A stretch of DNA of 26,929 nt, from NCBI GenBank assembly GCA_036493475.1, contig DASXPS010000171.1, positions 1-26,929 of the forward strand. Reading direction: 5' to 3'. Made by a program: the position numbers and the translations under genes. This document shows positions 25,173 to 26,929 of the stretch, piece by piece (the first letter of the stretch is position 1; each line of letters opens with the position of its first letter). Origin of the DNA: Sporichthyaceae bacterium (GTDB lineage Bacteria > Actinomycetota > Actinomycetes > Sporichthyales > Sporichthyaceae). The notes under the pieces are model-generated. The model was given only the letters and a program-made list of their open reading frames with translations. It made no database searches and was not told the DNA's origin.

Positions 25173-26015
25173 ATGGGCCAACCTTGGGTCATGACCACGC
25201 TCATCGTGCTCGCCCTGGGACTGGCCGCGTTGCTCGTGCTGTACGCGATGTTGGCTCTGCGCATCGTCAAGCAGTACCAGCGAGGGGTGCTGTTCCGGCT
25301 GGGCCGCGTGATCGGGGTGCGGGAACCTGGTCTGCGGGTGATCGTCCCGCTCATCGATGTCCTGCACCGGGCGTCCCTGCGCATCGTCACGATGCCGATC
25401 CAGTCCCAGGGGATCATCACGCGCGACAACGTCAGCGTGGACGTCTCTGCGGTGGCCTACTACCGCGTCGTGGATGCGGTGAAGTCGTTGGTGGCGATCG
25501 AGAACGTCCGCGCCGCGATCGACCAGATCGCCCAGACCACCCTGCGCAAGGTCGTGGGTCAGCACACCCTGGACGAGACCCTCGCCGCGACCGATCGGAT
25601 CAACCTCGACATCCGCGAGATTCTCGACGTGACCACGGTCGAGTGGGGTGTCGAGGTGACACTGGTCGAGCTCAAGGACATCCAACTGCCCGAGAGCATG
25701 AAGCGCGCGATGGCCAAGCAGGCCGAGGCCGAACGGGAGAAACGCGCGAAGATCATCAACGCGGAGGGCGAGTCGCTGGCTGCCGCCACGCTGGGCGAGG
25801 CATCGGATCTGATGATGGCTCACCCGCTCGCGCTCCAGTTGCGGACACTGCAGAGCCTCGTCGAGATCGGCGCGGACAAGAATACGACCGTGGTCTTCCC
25901 GGCACCGTTGATGACCACGATCGGCGAACTCGGGGCCTTCCTCGCCCGGGAGGTTTCCTCTGCAGCGGGCCCGGCGCCCGCGGTGGTTGACGCCAGCCAT
26001 CCAACGGACGGATAA
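25173..26015 (+). CDS. SPFH / band-7 (stomatin-like) membrane protein. Alternative start ATG 25191.
   Basis: [22 protein letters not shown], then [16 protein letters not shown] ... [17 protein letters not shown] ... QTTLRKVVG ... [17 protein letters not shown]. Confidence 0.8.
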   Translation: MGQPWVMTTLIVLALGLAALLVLYAMLALRIVKQYQRGVLFRLGRVIGVREPGLRVIVPLIDVLHRASLRIVTMPIQSQGIITRDNVSVDVSAVAYYRVVDAVKSLVAIENVRAAIDQIAQTTLRKVVGQHTLDETLAATDRINLDIREILDVTTVEWGVEVTLVELKDIQLPESMKRAMAKQAEAEREKRAKIINAEGESLAAATLGEASDLMMAHPLALQLRTLQSLVEIGADKNTTVVFPAPLMTTIGELGAFLAREVSSAAGPAPAVVDASHPTDG

Positions 26016-26260
26016 CCCGGCTCGAGCCGGTCGCGTACCGGACCTCGCCCGCCACGTCGAGGCCTACCGCGGGTCCACGATGCGACAAAACTCGCGAAGC
26101 CTGTTTGCCGGAGGGAACACCAGCTTCGAAATCCTGGACCTGCCACGAGTAGGCGAACGGGACTCGGGAAGCGAGTTTAAGTTCCCCAGATTGAGCGTGT
26201 TGACGAGCGCAGCGAGGAACACCCTCTGACCATCGGTCCCGGACCTGAAAGCATGACGGG

Positions 26261-26929
26261 GTGAACGCCGACCCCGACGCCGGCCGCGCGCCGGGCGACT
26301 TCATCCGCGACCTGATCCGCCGCGACCTCGCGAGCGGGAAGTACGGCAACCGGGTGCAGACGCGCTTCCCGCCGGAGCCCAATGGCTACCTGCACATCGG
26401 GCACGCCAAAAGCATCTGCCTGAACTTCGGCATTGCTGCGGACTTCGGCGGGGTCTGCAACCTGCGCTTCGACGACACCAACCCCGAGGCGGAGGACCAC
26501 GAGTACGTCGAGGCGATCCTCGCCGACGTCGCCTGGCTCGGCTTCACGCCGGCCAACGTCTGCTACGCCTCGGACTACTTCGGCCAGATCTACGACTGGG
26601 CAGAAGTGCTGGTGGGCAAGGGTCTGGCCTATGTCGACGACCAGGACGGCGACACCATCCGGGCGCAGCGCGGCGGCTTCGGCAAGCCCGGAATCGAGTC
26701 GCCGTACCGCAACCGCGACGCCCGAGAGAACCTCGCCCTGCTCCGCGGCATGCGCGAGGGGGAGTTCGCCGACGGCTCGCGCGTGCTCCGCGCGAAGATC
26801 GACATGCAGGCGAGCGTCATGTCCCTGCGCGACCCGGTGCTCTACCGGATCCGCCGCGTCGCGCACGTGCGCACCGGGACCGACTGGATCATCTATCCCA
26901 CCTACGACTGGGCGCACGGGCAGTCCGAC
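26261..26929 (+). CDS. glnS: Glutaminyl-tRNA synthetase (GlnRS), N-terminal 223 codons. The 3' end runs past the window edge.
   Basis: GTG at 26261 follows an in-frame [67 protein letters not shown] ... GLAYVDDQ ... LRAKIDM ... RDPVLYRI aligns closely with E. coli GlnRS, including the HIGH motif. The ORF is absent from the six-frame track because it has no stop codon within the window. Confidence 0.8.
   Translation, partial: MNADPDAGRAPGDFIRDLIRRDLASGKYGNRVQTRFPPEPNGYLHIGHAKSICLNFGIAADFGGVCNLRFDDTNPEAEDHEYVEAILADVAWLGFTPANVCYASDYFGQIYDWAEVLVGKGLAYVDDQDGDTIRAQRGGFGKPGIESPYRNRDARENLALLRGMREGEFADGSRVLRAKIDMQASVMSLRDPVLYRIRRVAHVRTGTDWIIYPTYDWAHGQSD

Noticed and set aside
26177-26917. 246-aa minus-strand ORF at the window end.
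   Set aside because: Antisense to the glnS reading frame, which aligns residue by residue with GlnRS.
26261-26929. Alternative identification of the partial aaRS as GluRS or glutamyl-Q tRNA(Asp) synthetase.
   Set aside because: The HIGH region reads [18 protein letters not shown] with GlnRS-specific flanks (FIRxxIxxDLASGK; NLRFDDTNP; LRAKIDM), not the RFAPSPTG.LHVG pattern of GluRS/GluQRS.

Overview
High-GC actinobacterial chromosome segment, Mycobacterium-like. Evidence for that placement: a DUF222/REP13E12 HNH tail, a Ddn-like DUF385 protein, an LCP protein, a DUF3516 DEAD/DEAH helicase, and tRNA genes without encoded CCA. I support about 33 protein-coding genes, 4 tRNAs (Phe, Asp, Glu on the minus strand; Lys on the plus strand), two IS fragments, two hairpin terminators and one coding tandem repeat. 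No CRISPR array and no rRNA.

Main content in order:
(1) An AraC-regulated, translationally coupled operon: ferric-reductase-like membrane flavocytochrome, FMN-binding protein, ApbE flavin transferase. This looks like an extracytoplasmic flavinylation/electron-transfer module.
(2) A tRNA-Glu/Asp/Phe operon with two small protein genes interleaved.
(3) A minus-strand block: LCP, DUF3516 helicase, CD225/dispanin, DUF2752.
(4) A BldC-like small MerR regulator divergent from a 733-aa protein that fuses an SMC/RecF/OLD-type ABC ATPase (Walker A GRNGVGKT, signature STAQKR, Walker B FLCDEPE, H-loop ATHSP) to a C-terminal TOPRIM-like module (VEGKHDE ... VGG ... VVDN). This is the most interesting object in the window. 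It is an OLD-family / fused-PARIS-like candidate defence protein. It is coupled, with a 2-nt gap, to an acyl-CoA dehydrogenase.
(5) Ordinary lipid-metabolism genes: ACAD, enoyl-CoA hydratase, APH-like kinase, alpha/beta hydrolases, VOC, methyltransferase.
(6) Downstream of tRNA-Lys: remnants of an IS110 transposase N-terminus and an IS3 OrfB C-terminus, an SPFH/stomatin gene, and the 5' part of a bona fide glutaminyl-tRNA synthetase (glnS). glnS is unusual for this lineage and suggests a horizontally acquired islet.

Many long antisense ORFs in the six-frame track are GC-bias artefacts and were rejected.
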